Below, one piece after another: positions 1-7,776 of a DNA stretch of 53,242 nucleotides (positions within the stretch are counted from its first letter, which is position 1; each line of letters opens with the position of its first letter). The translations under genes were made by a program, and so were the position numbers. The notes beneath the pieces are model-generated. The model made no database searches, was not told where the DNA came from, and saw nothing but the letters and a program-made list of their open reading frames with translations. Source of the DNA: Escherichia phage CF2. The DNA is taken from the sequence record KY608966; one strand, given 5' to 3'.

Positions 1-304
1 AAAAAAATTTACGCCGGCGAAAAATAATAAAAAACCGGATTGATAAATAAATCTGTAGACGTTTACACGACCTTTATATAGATGTTATAATAACTATCTA
101 AAGTCCAGCAAAGGTATTGTAATGAATATACAACAGGAAGTACAAGCTGAATTTGATTATGTTGATGGCATGTTGTATCGTAAACATAGCCACGGTAACG
201 TCAAGCAAGGCGATAAATTTGGTACCGTAGTACCAGCAGGATACATTGAAGGCTTTTTCAAAAATAAGAAGACGTCTTTGCACGTTCTTGTCTGGCAATG
301 GCAC
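1..304. repeat. Direct terminal redundancy, left copy (identical to 52939-53242)
   Basis: Exact match of window start to window end (offset 52938); carries a promoter and the first 183 nt of the HNH gene. Confidence 0.9.
62..91 (+). promoter_or_regulatory. sigma70-type promoter (TTTACA-N18-TATAAT) upstream of HNH endonuclease gene
   Basis: Near-consensus -35 and -10 hexamers about 30 nt upstream of the ATG at 122. Confidence 0.5.
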
Positions 305-622
305 AATGGTGAAATACCGGAAGGTTATGTAGTAGACCACAAGGACCGCAATAAACTCAATTGTAAAATTGATAACTTACGCCTTGCTACAGCTAGCCAG
401 AATCAAGCTAATCGTGGGGTTAATTATAATAGTACAACAGGCGTCAAAGGTTTGCAGGTAACAACACAGCGTGGTTATACTTATTATGCTGCTAAGATAA
501 CTGTCAACGGTAAAAGATTGAGAAAAACCTTTAAATATACGGAAGAAGGCAAAGAATTAGCTATTGCCTGGCTTCAAGAACAACGTCAAAAATTACACGG
601 AGAATTTGCTTGTGATAACTAG
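122..622 (+). CDS. HNH homing endonuclease with AP2-like DNA-binding region
   Basis: 166-aa ORF; motif DHKDRNKLNCKIDNLRLATASQNQAN typical of the HNH_3 family. Confidence 0.8.
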   Translation: MNIQQEVQAEFDYVDGMLYRKHSHGNVKQGDKFGTVVPAGYIEGFFKNKKTSLHVLVWQWHNGEIPEGYVVDHKDRNKLNCKIDNLRLATASQNQANRGVNYNSTTGVKGLQVTTQRGYTYYAAKITVNGKRLRKTFKYTEEGKELAIAWLQEQRQKLHGEFACDN

Positions 623-662
623 AGCGTCAATTAGAGCGAAAGGACAGAACTTTGAGCGCAAA

Positions 663-1052
663 ATGGCTAAGAAGTTCAATAGCTCGTTTGGATTAACTGT
701 TGAGCGCAATCTTCAACAGTCTATTAATGGCGGGGATGACTTGCTGGGTGTACCGTTTTTCAGTGTTGAACTGAAGAAGCACAATACTAAGTCTATCGGA
801 ACATGGTGGAGACAGTGTGCGGCATCGGCAAAGGCTCAGAACAAGATGCCAGTGCTTATATACGAACTACCAAGAAAACAGCCTACCGTGGTGATGAATA
901 AGGCTGATGTGATTGACTGTTTTCCAAGTGGCACGACTTTTAACGAGGCATCGAACCGCCTCTTTGTGGGTCTGGTAGAATTAACATGGGAACAATTTTG
1001 CCGGGTCTACAACTATTACGTTGCGCCCGGCACTCAATATCACGTCAATTAA
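663..1052 (+). CDS. Putative VRR-NUC-like PD-(D/E)xK nuclease
   Basis: ORF 564-1052 is called from a TTG; first ATG at 663; motif GGDDLLGVPFFSVELKK resembles the VRR-NUC PDL...fvEvK signature. Confidence 0.45.
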   Translation: MAKKFNSSFGLTVERNLQQSINGGDDLLGVPFFSVELKKHNTKSIGTWWRQCAASAKAQNKMPVLIYELPRKQPTVVMNKADVIDCFPSGTTFNEASNRLFVGLVELTWEQFCRVYNYYVAPGTQYHVN

Positions 1053-1234
1053 TCTTGTTTCAGCTCGTTACAAATAACACGCTGATTTTTGGCGGGGATA
1101 ATACCAAGATTCAGTAGGGTGTATGGACTATCAGCGACGCATTGTTCAACGGTAGTCCATTCAGGTTTGGATTCAACAATTTCGTAATTGCAGTCGTGAG
1201 TTGCTATACATGTTGCCAGGATTAAGCCAATCAC
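1049..1234 (-). CDS. Hypothetical small early protein (61 aa)
   Basis: ORF track; GTG start overlaps the stop of the upstream gene (GTGA). Confidence 0.5.
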   Translation of the reverse strand: MIGLILATCIATHDCNYEIVESKPEWTTVEQCVADSPYTLLNLGIIPAKNQRVICNELKQD

Positions 1235-1410
1235 AAGTAATCTCCATCAACCAGAAACTCAAACAATTGGTTGTAAACGTTGCAACCTTTAGCGAAAGAG
1301 CTTTCAGCAGGTTTACCGTCGCGGACAATCATCATATACTCACCGCCATGGATGTCCACCCAGTATTGCATGCCACCTTTGACCGGATTACGTTGCAGAA
1401 ATTTAAACAT
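1231..1410 (-). CDS. Hypothetical small early protein (59 aa, MFKFLQRNPVKGG...)
   Basis: Hand-translated; below the ORF-track length cutoff; ATG overlaps upstream stop as TAATG; SD-like GGAGTCAGGAG upstream. Confidence 0.45.
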   Translation of the reverse strand: MFKFLQRNPVKGGMQYWVDIHGGEYMMIVRDGKPAESSFAKGCNVYNQLFEFLVDGDYL

Positions 1411-1655
1411 TATTTACTCCTGACTCCAAGTTTATTCAATAGCCACACTGTCATGTCAACCCAGGTTAACGGTACAGTTTTCGGGGGTTGATAATCCCAG
1501 CAGCTTGCAGTTCTTTGTATTTCTGCTTGGCGCCGCTCCGCTTCGCGTAATACCGCATCGTCAGAAGTGCCGGCAGAAAAAAGATCGGTAACACCAGATA
1601 AATCGCGTTGATTAACACGTCGAGCAATGTCATATAAATCATCCTTAGAAAACAT
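1410..1655 (-). CDS. Hypothetical early protein (81 aa); an alternative embedded frame exists
   Basis: 81-codon ORF, stop coupled to next gene via TAATG; no obvious SD; overlapping frame 1466-1633 has a better SD. Confidence 0.4.
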   Translation of the reverse strand: MFSKDDLYDIARRVNQRDLSGVTDLFSAGTSDDAVLREAERRQAEIQRTASCWDYQPPKTVPLTWVDMTVWLLNKLGVRSK

Positions 1656-1770
1656 AAGCCAATACCATAAGAATTATCAGAAAGATCCCAACCAGCTTCC
1701 TCATAGCCCGACCTTCAGCATATGCAGGATTCACAACAGAATACTCAACAACATGTTTACAGCGGACCAT
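1645..1770 (-). CDS. Hypothetical small membrane protein (41 aa, MVRCKHVVEYS...LVGIFLIILMVLAYVF)
   Basis: Hand-translated; GGAGG 5 nt upstream of ATG; C-terminal hydrophobic helix. Confidence 0.35.
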   Translation of the reverse strand: MVRCKHVVEYSVVNPAYAEGRAMRKLVGIFLIILMVLAYVF

Positions 1771-1831
1771 AAGGCCTCCACTTGTGGGTTAATTCAATCA
1801 TGAGGACTTTTGGCAAATCCTCATTGTTGAA

Positions 1832-2032
1832 TCACTCAATCATTATCTGTACTACTATTATACACTCTTTATTGAAGCGGGTAAACACCTTTCCACCATT
1901 GGTGCGTTTAGCTCCGGACTTTAGAGCTGACTGGCACCAGACATGCCACTCCTCAACTGTCAAGAATTTTTGCTCAGCTTTGGGTGGTAGTCCATTGGCA
2001 AGGTCTACCGTAGTAAATTTGACTAGTGGCAT
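1832..2032 (-). CDS. Hypothetical early protein
   Basis: ORF track; ATG overlaps upstream stop (TGATG). Confidence 0.5.
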   Translation of the reverse strand: MPLVKFTTVDLANGLPPKAEQKFLTVEEWHVWCQSALKSGAKRTNGGKVFTRFNKECIIVVQIMIE

Positions 2033-2421
2033 CACTTGACCTCAAATTTTGACTCGTCATATTCCGGATCAGTCACGTCCCGGGTCGCACAATTTTTGAT
2101 TGCATCCCAGTAACGTTGGGCATCATCGCCATCGACATAAACTGTCCAGTGGCCGTAACCACCTTCAAATCTGTCCCAGGCTTGTTCCCAGACTTTGCCA
2201 TCTTCCAGCTTGTACCAAGTTGGACGACTGTCAAACTCGCGGATTGGATGGTACCCCATCAAAGGATTCATCAGGTCAATAATGTCTTCCCGACTAATCT
2301 CCTGGTTCTCCCACAACACCGTCATGAATTGCTCAAACTTGAAGGCGTTTGGCAGAATTTTGATGACTTCACCATCACAATATACGGTATAGGTGCCATC
2401 TTCGCATTTTGCACTGTACAT
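2032..2421 (-). CDS. Hypothetical early protein (129 aa from internal ATG)
   Basis: ORF track 2032-2454; internal ATG at 2421 is preceded by AGGAGAGAGAAAC; the upstream ATG lies inside the conserved leader element. Confidence 0.6.
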   Translation of the reverse strand: MYSAKCEDGTYTVYCDGEVIKILPNAFKFEQFMTVLWENQEISREDIIDLMNPLMGYHPIREFDSRPTWYKLEDGKVWEQAWDRFEGGYGHWTVYVDGDDAQRYWDAIKNCATRDVTDPEYDESKFEVK

Positions 2422-2440
2422 GTTTCTCTCTCCTATTGAT

Positions 2441-2492
2441 ATAATTTCAATCATGAACTATCACAACTTTGGATAGTTCATTGTTGAAACTA
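2441..2492 (-). promoter_or_regulatory. Conserved early-operon stem-loop/leader element, copy a
   Basis: 10-bp arms ATGAACTATC/GATAGTTCAT flanked by TTTCAA/TTGAAA, followed on the mRNA strand by GATTGAAATTAT and SD AGGAGAGA. Confidence 0.4.
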
Positions 2493-2663
2493 TACTAACT
2501 TTGTTGCGATCTGAATTGTCAGCCGGAAGTCTTCCATCAAGTTATCAAACTCTTTGGAACCGCCAACCGCATCAGATATTTGGTCTTTCACAATTTGGGC
2601 ATTTGATTCCAGTAATTCAATCAGGTGCGCCAATTCGTCTTCAGTCAATTTCAGATCTTTCAT
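2490..2663 (-). CDS. Hypothetical small acidic early protein (57 aa)
   Basis: ATG at 2663 with SD GGTGGA; overlaps upstream stop. Confidence 0.55.
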   Translation of the reverse strand: MKDLKLTEDELAHLIELLESNAQIVKDQISDAVGGSKEFDNLMEDFRLTIQIATKLV

Positions 2664-2917
2664 AATGCATCCACCCAAGCCATAACTTTTGCCAGTCTTA
2701 CAACGTCTTCATGGTCCCGCTCGCCATCAGAAAATTCGCTGGCGATGATACCCATAATTGACGCCAGATTCATGTTGATGATGTAGGCGTGTTGGCGCAC
2801 TTCATCAATTCCTGAATCTATCACCAGTTCCGCAAATTCTTGTGAACCTTCATCCCATTCAGCCCAATACTGCTCAGCATAAAAGTCCAGTTCTTTTTTC
2901 ATCTCAATATCAGTCAT
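2660..2917 (-). CDS. Hypothetical acidic early protein (85 aa)
   Basis: ORF track; SD GAGGAG upstream of ATG. Confidence 0.6.
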   Translation of the reverse strand: MTDIEMKKELDFYAEQYWAEWDEGSQEFAELVIDSGIDEVRQHAYIINMNLASIMGIIASEFSDGERDHEDVVRLAKVMAWVDAL

Positions 2918-2922
2918 TTTGA

Positions 2923-3078
2923 TTACTCCTCAGAACCTGAAAATTTGTCGTCAATGGCTTCAACAATATAATCAAGAGTTGAAGTGTGAGAACTATCAGA
3001 AAAAGTGCCCATCTTCTCTAACTCAATCATCATATCCCGCAAGGCCATCGCCTGGTCTTTGGTCAGTTTGATTTTAAG
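2923..3078 (-). CDS. Hypothetical small early protein (51 aa from internal ATG)
   Basis: ORF track 2923-3123 starts at GTG inside hairpin; ATG at 3078 follows AGGAGAGAAAC. Confidence 0.5.
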   Translation of the reverse strand, partial: LKIKLTKDQAMALRDMMIELEKMGTFSDSSHTSTLDYIVEAIDDKFSGSEE

Positions 3079-3102
3079 CATGTTTCTCTCCTGTTGATTG
3101 TG

Positions 3103-3150
3103 AATAATTTCAATTGATGGCACTACTTGAGTGCCATCTCAAAAATTACT
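3103..3150 (-). promoter_or_regulatory. Conserved early-operon stem-loop/leader element, copy b
   Basis: 9-bp arms GATGGCACT/AGTGCCATC; followed on the mRNA strand by AATTGAAATTATT and SD AGGAGAGA. Confidence 0.4.
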
Positions 3151-3718
3151 CTTCAGTAGTTTCTTGTTCTTCAATTTCAGGTTTTTCTTCAGCTTCAGGT
3201 TTTTTGCCTGTTACTGATTTGCCGTCAGTCACTTTACCAGATTTTACATCATTACGGTAGTATGACATATATGACTGGATAACACGTTTTGCTCTAATAT
3301 CATCCGCTTCCATTCCGCAAGCTTTCATCGCATCAGCGAGTGCCAATTTGGAATCTTCTTTATCCATCAAGTTGTAATCTTTGAACACCAGATAGCAAGT
3401 ATCTTTAGTTGATGGACCAGATGACGATTTGCGAGAGCCACCAGCAGATGCTCGTGTTGTCGCAACTTTGACTTCTTCAACTTCCAGTTGGTTCAGCTCG
3501 TCAAACAAAGCCTTCACCAGCACTTCTTTAGAGTCTTTGACACTTACAGAACTTTCATCATTAAGCGACTTAATCATCTTAATGATCTGGTTATTGGCAA
3601 AGTACTGAAGACTATCCATCTGCACTACAATAGTGCCAAGACTTTCAGTAGTCAGACCAGATTTCACAGACTCGACAGAAAAAGCGGAAGTCAGGTAAAC
3701 GTAGTTGATAGTTGTCAT
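3146..3718 (-). CDS. Hypothetical early protein (190 aa) with acidic Glu/Lys-rich C-terminus
   Basis: ORF track; SD GAGGA upstream of ATG. Confidence 0.65.
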   Translation of the reverse strand: MTTINYVYLTSAFSVESVKSGLTTESLGTIVVQMDSLQYFANNQIIKMIKSLNDESSVSVKDSKEVLVKALFDELNQLEVEEVKVATTRASAGGSRKSSSGPSTKDTCYLVFKDYNLMDKEDSKLALADAMKACGMEADDIRAKRVIQSYMSYYRNDVKSGKVTDGKSVTGKKPEAEEKPEIEEQETTEE

Positions 3719-3769
3719 TTGATGTATCCTCGTTGATAGAATTTTTGATAGGTGTCAATCCTTGACAAG

Positions 3770-3815
3770 TAATTCCAATCATGACAACTTTTATCAAGTT
3801 GTCATTGTTGGAAAT
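3770..3815 (-). promoter_or_regulatory. Conserved early-operon stem-loop/leader element, copy c
   Basis: 10-bp arms ATGACAACTT/AAGTTGTCAT flanked by TTTCCAACA and GATTGGAATTA. Confidence 0.4.
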
Positions 3816-4117
3816 TACTTCGCGCTTGCGTTTTCAACAGCTTGTACGACTTTCAACAAATGCCTGAAGTCATCATGATAAACTTCATTAAAGCCATCTG
3901 CCGCAAAGTTTTCGCCAATTAAGATCAGTCTTTCGCGGACCAAGTCAATCAAGAGTTTATTGTCAGTTATTTCAGCACCTGTAATAAGTTCAACAAATAA
4001 TTGCTGTACGTTATCATAACAGATGTTGCTTTCAATACACACTTGGCGCATGTCTTCAACTATTGACATGATTGTGACTTGCATTTCTACGTCAGAAGTG
4101 ATGTTATTCAGTTTCAT
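3815..4117 (-). CDS. Hypothetical acidic early protein (100 aa)
   Basis: ORF track; SD AAGG upstream; first gene of the leftward early operon. Confidence 0.65.
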   Translation of the reverse strand: MKLNNITSDVEMQVTIMSIVEDMRQVCIESNICYDNVQQLFVELITGAEITDNKLLIDLVRERLILIGENFAADGFNEVYHDDFRHLLKVVQAVENASAK

Positions 4118-4140
4118 AATAGTTACCTTTGTATTAGTTT

Positions 4141-4190
4141 CCAGGCGTGACTACTGATACCAATAGTCACTGGTTGAAACTATTACTAGT
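4141..4190 (-). promoter_or_regulatory. Early-operon 5' leader stem-loop, copy d
   Basis: Imperfect palindrome CCAGGCGTGACTACTGATACCAATAGTCACTGG, then TTGAAACTATTACT as in copy a. Confidence 0.35.
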
Positions 4191-4333
4191 GTTACTATCA
4201 ACAAGAAACATGTTACCAAATTGTTAAAGAGCGGTCTGGTACTATTCGACCAGGTAAAGTTATTATTTGCGCATCTTGACGACACGCGCCAGACAAGACG
4301 CTTGACACATTCATCATTCGTCTTGATGTAATA

Positions 4334-4362
4334 ATTATAGGCCAGTCAATCAATGTTGTACA
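4334..4362 (-). promoter_or_regulatory. Candidate leftward early promoter (TGTACA-N17-TATAAT)
   Basis: Reverse complement of ATTATA at 4334-4339 and TGTACA at 4357-4362; weak -35. Confidence 0.3.
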
Positions 4363-4459
4363 TAAAAGAATTGCAAGTTTATGCAAGTTTTTAGAAATGA
4401 TAATCACTTGCGATTGAGAGTGGTTCTCGTATGCAATTGATATAGTTTCACATGTAATT

Positions 4460-4534
4460 ACTCAATCCAAAATGGTCGGCAGGGGTTATAATCACATAGG
4501 GGTGCCACTTAAAGGAGCCGGCGAAATTATTTCT
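4460..4534. repeat. ~75-bp dispersed repeat, copy R1
   Basis: TCAATCCAAAATGGTCGGCAGGGG...AGGGGTGCCAC...AGGAGCCGGCGAAATT; shares many anchored blocks with R2. Confidence 0.6.
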
Positions 4535-4596
4535 AAAAATATAATTTCAATCTGAATTATAGACGCTTTGTGTTATAACGGCCGAAGTAGTTCATA

Positions 4597-4650
4597 CGGT
4601 AATTGTATCAATCGCAATAGTTACCAGGGTAATCGTTTCAATCGAAATAG
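4597..4650. repeat. Imperfect tandem repeat (2 x 24 bp)
   Basis: CGGTAATTGTATCAATCGCAATAG vs GGGTAATCGTTTCAATCGAAATAG, 20/24 identical, 6 bp apart. Confidence 0.6.
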
Positions 4651-4709
4651 GTGCGGCGGGGGGTAATTTCGCAGGGGTGCTACCTGCCAGGAGCCAGCGG
4701 AATTTTTTT
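4633..4709. repeat. ~75-bp dispersed repeat, copy R2
   Basis: TTCAATCGAAATAGGTGCGGCGGGGGG...AGGGGTGCTAC...AGGAGCCAGCGGAATTTTTTT. Confidence 0.6.
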
Positions 4710-4858
4710 ATTTTTTGGTATTTTCTCCTTATCAGGACCAATCATCATCAGAGTAACACGGCAGGAGCTAACCTTTTGCTTATCACAATAATAAGTGAAG
4801 CCCCTCTAAAATTTTTTTATATTTTTCGGAAATTGTGTAGACACTCACTAAAAAGTGG

Positions 4859-4887
4859 TGTACTTTCTCTCCTCCACGCGCTATCAT
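4859..4887 (+). promoter_or_regulatory. Candidate rightward promoter (TGTACT-N17-TATCAT)
   Basis: Hexamers at the expected spacing ~50 nt upstream of the first rightward gene. Confidence 0.3.
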
Positions 4888-4937
4888 TAATGTGAATCAT
4901 CAAACGGCCTCACGGTCTCCTACTTGTGGGTAACATT

Positions 4938-5423
4938 ATGAAAATTGTTCAATTAGAGCCATATCCGCCTCAATTGGCTATCGTTTGCAGCGAAAAAGAG
5001 CACGAAGAGCTCCAAAAACTGATGGATTTGCCTGATTTTGGCAACTGGAATGACCGGGAAACACGTAATGCATCTACCTTTACATTCTCTCGCGTTAACT
5101 ATCCGTACCTGTTAATCGTCGTCGAACTGTACCACCCGGACGACCTGAAGTACAACACCATTTCCCACGAAGGCATTCACGTAATGTCATCGCTGATGAA
5201 CTATGTAGGGCTTAAATACGACCCAGAAAACGATGAATGGTACGCATATCAGCATGATTTCATCGTAAATGCCATTTGTAAGGCCCATGACGAGTATATA
5301 GAGCGCCAAAAAACGCCAAAAACTAAGCCAAAAATCGAAACAGGTAACCATCCTGCTATACTGCCACAAGACGTAATGAACTCGCTTTTGACTGACACTA
5401 CTGGGGACTTTTTAGGTGATTAA
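4938..5423 (+). CDS. Hypothetical protein with HExxH motif (possible zincin-like metallopeptidase)
   Basis: ORF 4926-5423 starts at GTG; first ATG at 4938; motif ISHEGIHVM. Confidence 0.55.
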   Translation: MKIVQLEPYPPQLAIVCSEKEHEELQKLMDLPDFGNWNDRETRNASTFTFSRVNYPYLLIVVELYHPDDLKYNTISHEGIHVMSSLMNYVGLKYDPENDEWYAYQHDFIVNAICKAHDEYIERQKTPKTKPKIETGNHPAILPQDVMNSLLTDTTGDFLGD

Positions 5424-6090
5424 TATAATCTTCGCAATGGGCCAAAATGGGGAATTCGGGTTGTCCCCGGAGTTTATGAAGCATCAGGTTGACTCGTGTA
5501 AGACCATGGAAGAGGTCCGTGCGCTTCCTAAATCGGGTCTACCCTGGAAATGTCCGTCAGACATGCTCTTTTTCAGGACTATGACTAATTCAGTTGCGAC
5601 AGAACCAGGCTATAATGCATATCAGCAACTACGTGGACAGTTCCCAAATGACCAGTTGCGAAACATGATAGCAGATGTAACGGTAAAAATGGTAGGGCAT
5701 AGTGTATTGTTAGCCGGTCGTAACACGTATATGACTATGAGTCTGCCTATGTCAGCCCACAGAATACTGCTGCCGGTATCTCGCCAGATTATGGCTTCAG
5801 AAGGCTACAATAATTTGGGTGAGATGGCAGCAGACCTTGAATCCAGAGGTACTGACGTCTGGATTGTAGGTGGTGCCGAATTGATACTTTCGGCCCTTGA
5901 AGAGCATGCAAAAGACTTACTCCGTATCGACAACATGTTTATCAGTACAATCAAGCAATCAGGTCCAAGTGATATTTTAATGGATCGTAGCAAATTAATG
6001 ATGTACATTGATAGCGACTTCACATATAATGATGAATATGTTGATAACAAACAAGTTCTGATACAACGGTATAGGAGTTTACACAAATGA
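5416..6090 (+). CDS. Dihydrofolate reductase, divergent with insertions
   Basis: IIFAMGQNGEFG...GLPWKCPSDMLFF...VLLAGRNTY...DVWIVGGAELI align to DHFR blocks; GTG start overlaps upstream stop. Confidence 0.6.
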   Translation: MINIIFAMGQNGEFGLSPEFMKHQVDSCKTMEEVRALPKSGLPWKCPSDMLFFRTMTNSVATEPGYNAYQQLRGQFPNDQLRNMIADVTVKMVGHSVLLAGRNTYMTMSLPMSAHRILLPVSRQIMASEGYNNLGEMAADLESRGTDVWIVGGAELILSALEEHAKDLLRIDNMFISTIKQSGPSDILMDRSKLMMYIDSDFTYNDEYVDNKQVLIQRYRSLHK

Positions 6091-6593
6091 ACATCATAAT
6101 CGAGGGTCCCGATAATGCAGGAAAAAGTACACTTATTGAGTTCCTTAAATCTCGTACTGGCCGCAATGTTATTCATAATACTGTTGATAAGGACCCCGAA
6201 TCGGTCATGGCTAAACAGGCCAAAGAAAACGCGTTGGAAGGCGATTGCATTTATGATCGTAGCGCTGTTATATCTGAGTATATCTATTGCCTGGTTCTTC
6301 AACGTACGCCTGTCATCAATATTAATGTATCACATGTAGCAGATATGTGCGACAACGCCATCGTTATCTTTTGTATGCCGCCTGTTGAAAAGGTACTGGC
6401 AACTACAAAAGACGAAATGCCTGGTGTTGTGGAAAATCTTGAGGCGTTATACAATCAGTATGACAACCTCATTGACGAGCTGGTTATGATGAGTAAGCAG
6501 TTCTTCATCTATGACTGGACTGTTGAAGAAGACGGTCCTGAAGCAGTTCTAGAATACATCAACGAACGTATTAATAAGGAGTGGAACAAATGA
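6087..6593 (+). CDS. Thymidylate-kinase-like dNMP kinase
   Basis: P-loop IIEGPDNAGKST resembles the thymidylate kinase IEGxxGxGKST signature; SD AGGAG 9 nt upstream. Confidence 0.75.
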   Translation: MNIIIEGPDNAGKSTLIEFLKSRTGRNVIHNTVDKDPESVMAKQAKENALEGDCIYDRSAVISEYIYCLVLQRTPVININVSHVADMCDNAIVIFCMPPVEKVLATTKDEMPGVVENLEALYNQYDNLIDELVMMSKQFFIYDWTVEEDGPEAVLEYINERINKEWNK

Positions 6594-7309
6594 GCCCAGT
6601 ATACAATAGCACAATTACACTGTCAGCAACCGTAGGAGACGTCAACAAGACTGTTACTGTGGGTTCAACTAACCCGAACCTGTCAGGCGAAGACCTGCTG
6701 CGCCTGGCCAAACGTGCTCTTGAAGATAACGAAGTGACTGGTACTGAAGGCGTCAGCATCGAAATTAACGTCGAAGGATGTCCGCACAGCATCAGTATTG
6801 CTACCTCTTCATTGCCGGATGATGAAACTCGTGAACAGCTGGAGACAGACAAGTTCAACGACGAGCTGGAATATCGCACTGGTGAGATGTTCAGCAATGC
6901 GTTAAACTGGTATCTGTGCAAAGCTTCAGGCTACACCGGTGCTCCTATGTCAGACCGTATGTTAGCTGATATGTCAGCACGTGAAATTGCTAAAGGCTGG
7001 GCGCATGTACAGATGCTACAGGAGCGTATCTGCAAACTGGAAAGCTGCAATAAAGATGCGTCTGAGCTTATTACTGCCTATAAGCGACAGATTAACGACC
7101 TGCAGCAACTAATGGGCAAACGCGCTGAAGAATATGAGGCTGAGATTCGTAGCCTTAACGGTACAGCTGTTGCTAACAACCGTGCTTTCAGCGAAGAGCG
7201 TAAAGCGCTTATCGCCCAGCGTGACGCTGAAAAACGTCGTGCAGACGACCTGGCAGACCGTCTCAACTTTATCCGTAAGCATATGGATGCTATGGAAGGG
7301 GTAATCTGA
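6590..7309 (+). CDS. Hypothetical protein with coiled-coil C-terminus
   Basis: ATG at 6590 overlaps the upstream stop (ATGA); SD AAGGAG. Confidence 0.65.
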   Translation: MSPVYNSTITLSATVGDVNKTVTVGSTNPNLSGEDLLRLAKRALEDNEVTGTEGVSIEINVEGCPHSISIATSSLPDDETREQLETDKFNDELEYRTGEMFSNALNWYLCKASGYTGAPMSDRMLADMSAREIAKGWAHVQMLQERICKLESCNKDASELITAYKRQINDLQQLMGKRAEEYEAEIRSLNGTAVANNRAFSEERKALIAQRDAEKRRADDLADRLNFIRKHMDAMEGVI

Positions 7310-7599
7310 TGGACCTGTTCGATATGGTCGAACATCCTGAAGTAAACAGCTTGGCGGAAGCTAAGCCTTTTAGCTGGGATGAATTCGTAGCAGGCAAACC
7401 TGCTGTAACCCACAACGGGCAGATTGCATATTACGGAGGCCATAGCGAACATCCGATGTGCACTCACCTGTACAACGCTATCACAACCATATCCGACGAA
7501 AACGTTATTAAATACGGAAAAGATGTAATGCCTTTTCTTGTAGATGAGCGCGGTTACTTCGAAGGTAAATGGTTCCCGTTTCTGGTAGAAATGGCCTAA
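7309..7599 (+). CDS. Hypothetical protein (96 aa)
   Basis: ORF track; ATG overlaps upstream TGA; SD GGAAGGGG. Confidence 0.6.
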   Translation: MDLFDMVEHPEVNSLAEAKPFSWDEFVAGKPAVTHNGQIAYYGGHSEHPMCTHLYNAITTISDENVIKYGKDVMPFLVDERGYFEGKWFPFLVEMA

Positions 7600-7715
7600 A
7601 AACCGGATAAATATAAAGGCGTCTAAGCTAGTTCTTCATCTATATAAGCTACTTATTCGCCTTTCTACTGTAGACTTTCTCATCATCTCTCTAGACACTT
7701 CATTTTTATATTCTG

Positions 7716-7744
7716 TTTACTTACTTCGCGTAACTCGTTATAAT
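7716..7744 (+). promoter_or_regulatory. sigma70-type promoter (TTTACT-N17-TATAAT) for the packaging/head genes
   Basis: Hexamers at 7716-7721 and 7739-7744. Confidence 0.55.
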
Positions 7745-7776
7745 CCCGACTATCCGGATTAACGAGGACGATACCA

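Noticed and set aside
1782-2039. 85-aa plus-strand ORF
   Set aside because: Lies antisense to a minus-strand early gene (1832-2032) in a region otherwise transcribed leftward; no SD.
4213-4407. 64-aa minus-strand ORF in the control region
   Set aside because: No SD, hydrophobic odd composition, and its start lies upstream of the candidate early promoter. Likely non-coding.
4677-4895. 72-aa plus-strand ORF in the control region
   Set aside because: Begins inside repeat R2, runs through T-rich tracts and the candidate promoter, no SD; low-complexity Leu/Phe-rich product.
6115-6339. 74-aa hydrophobic ORF in an alternative frame of the kinase gene
   Set aside because: Out-of-frame overlap with a gene that has a clear P-loop and SD; typical hydrophobic artefact of a shifted frame.
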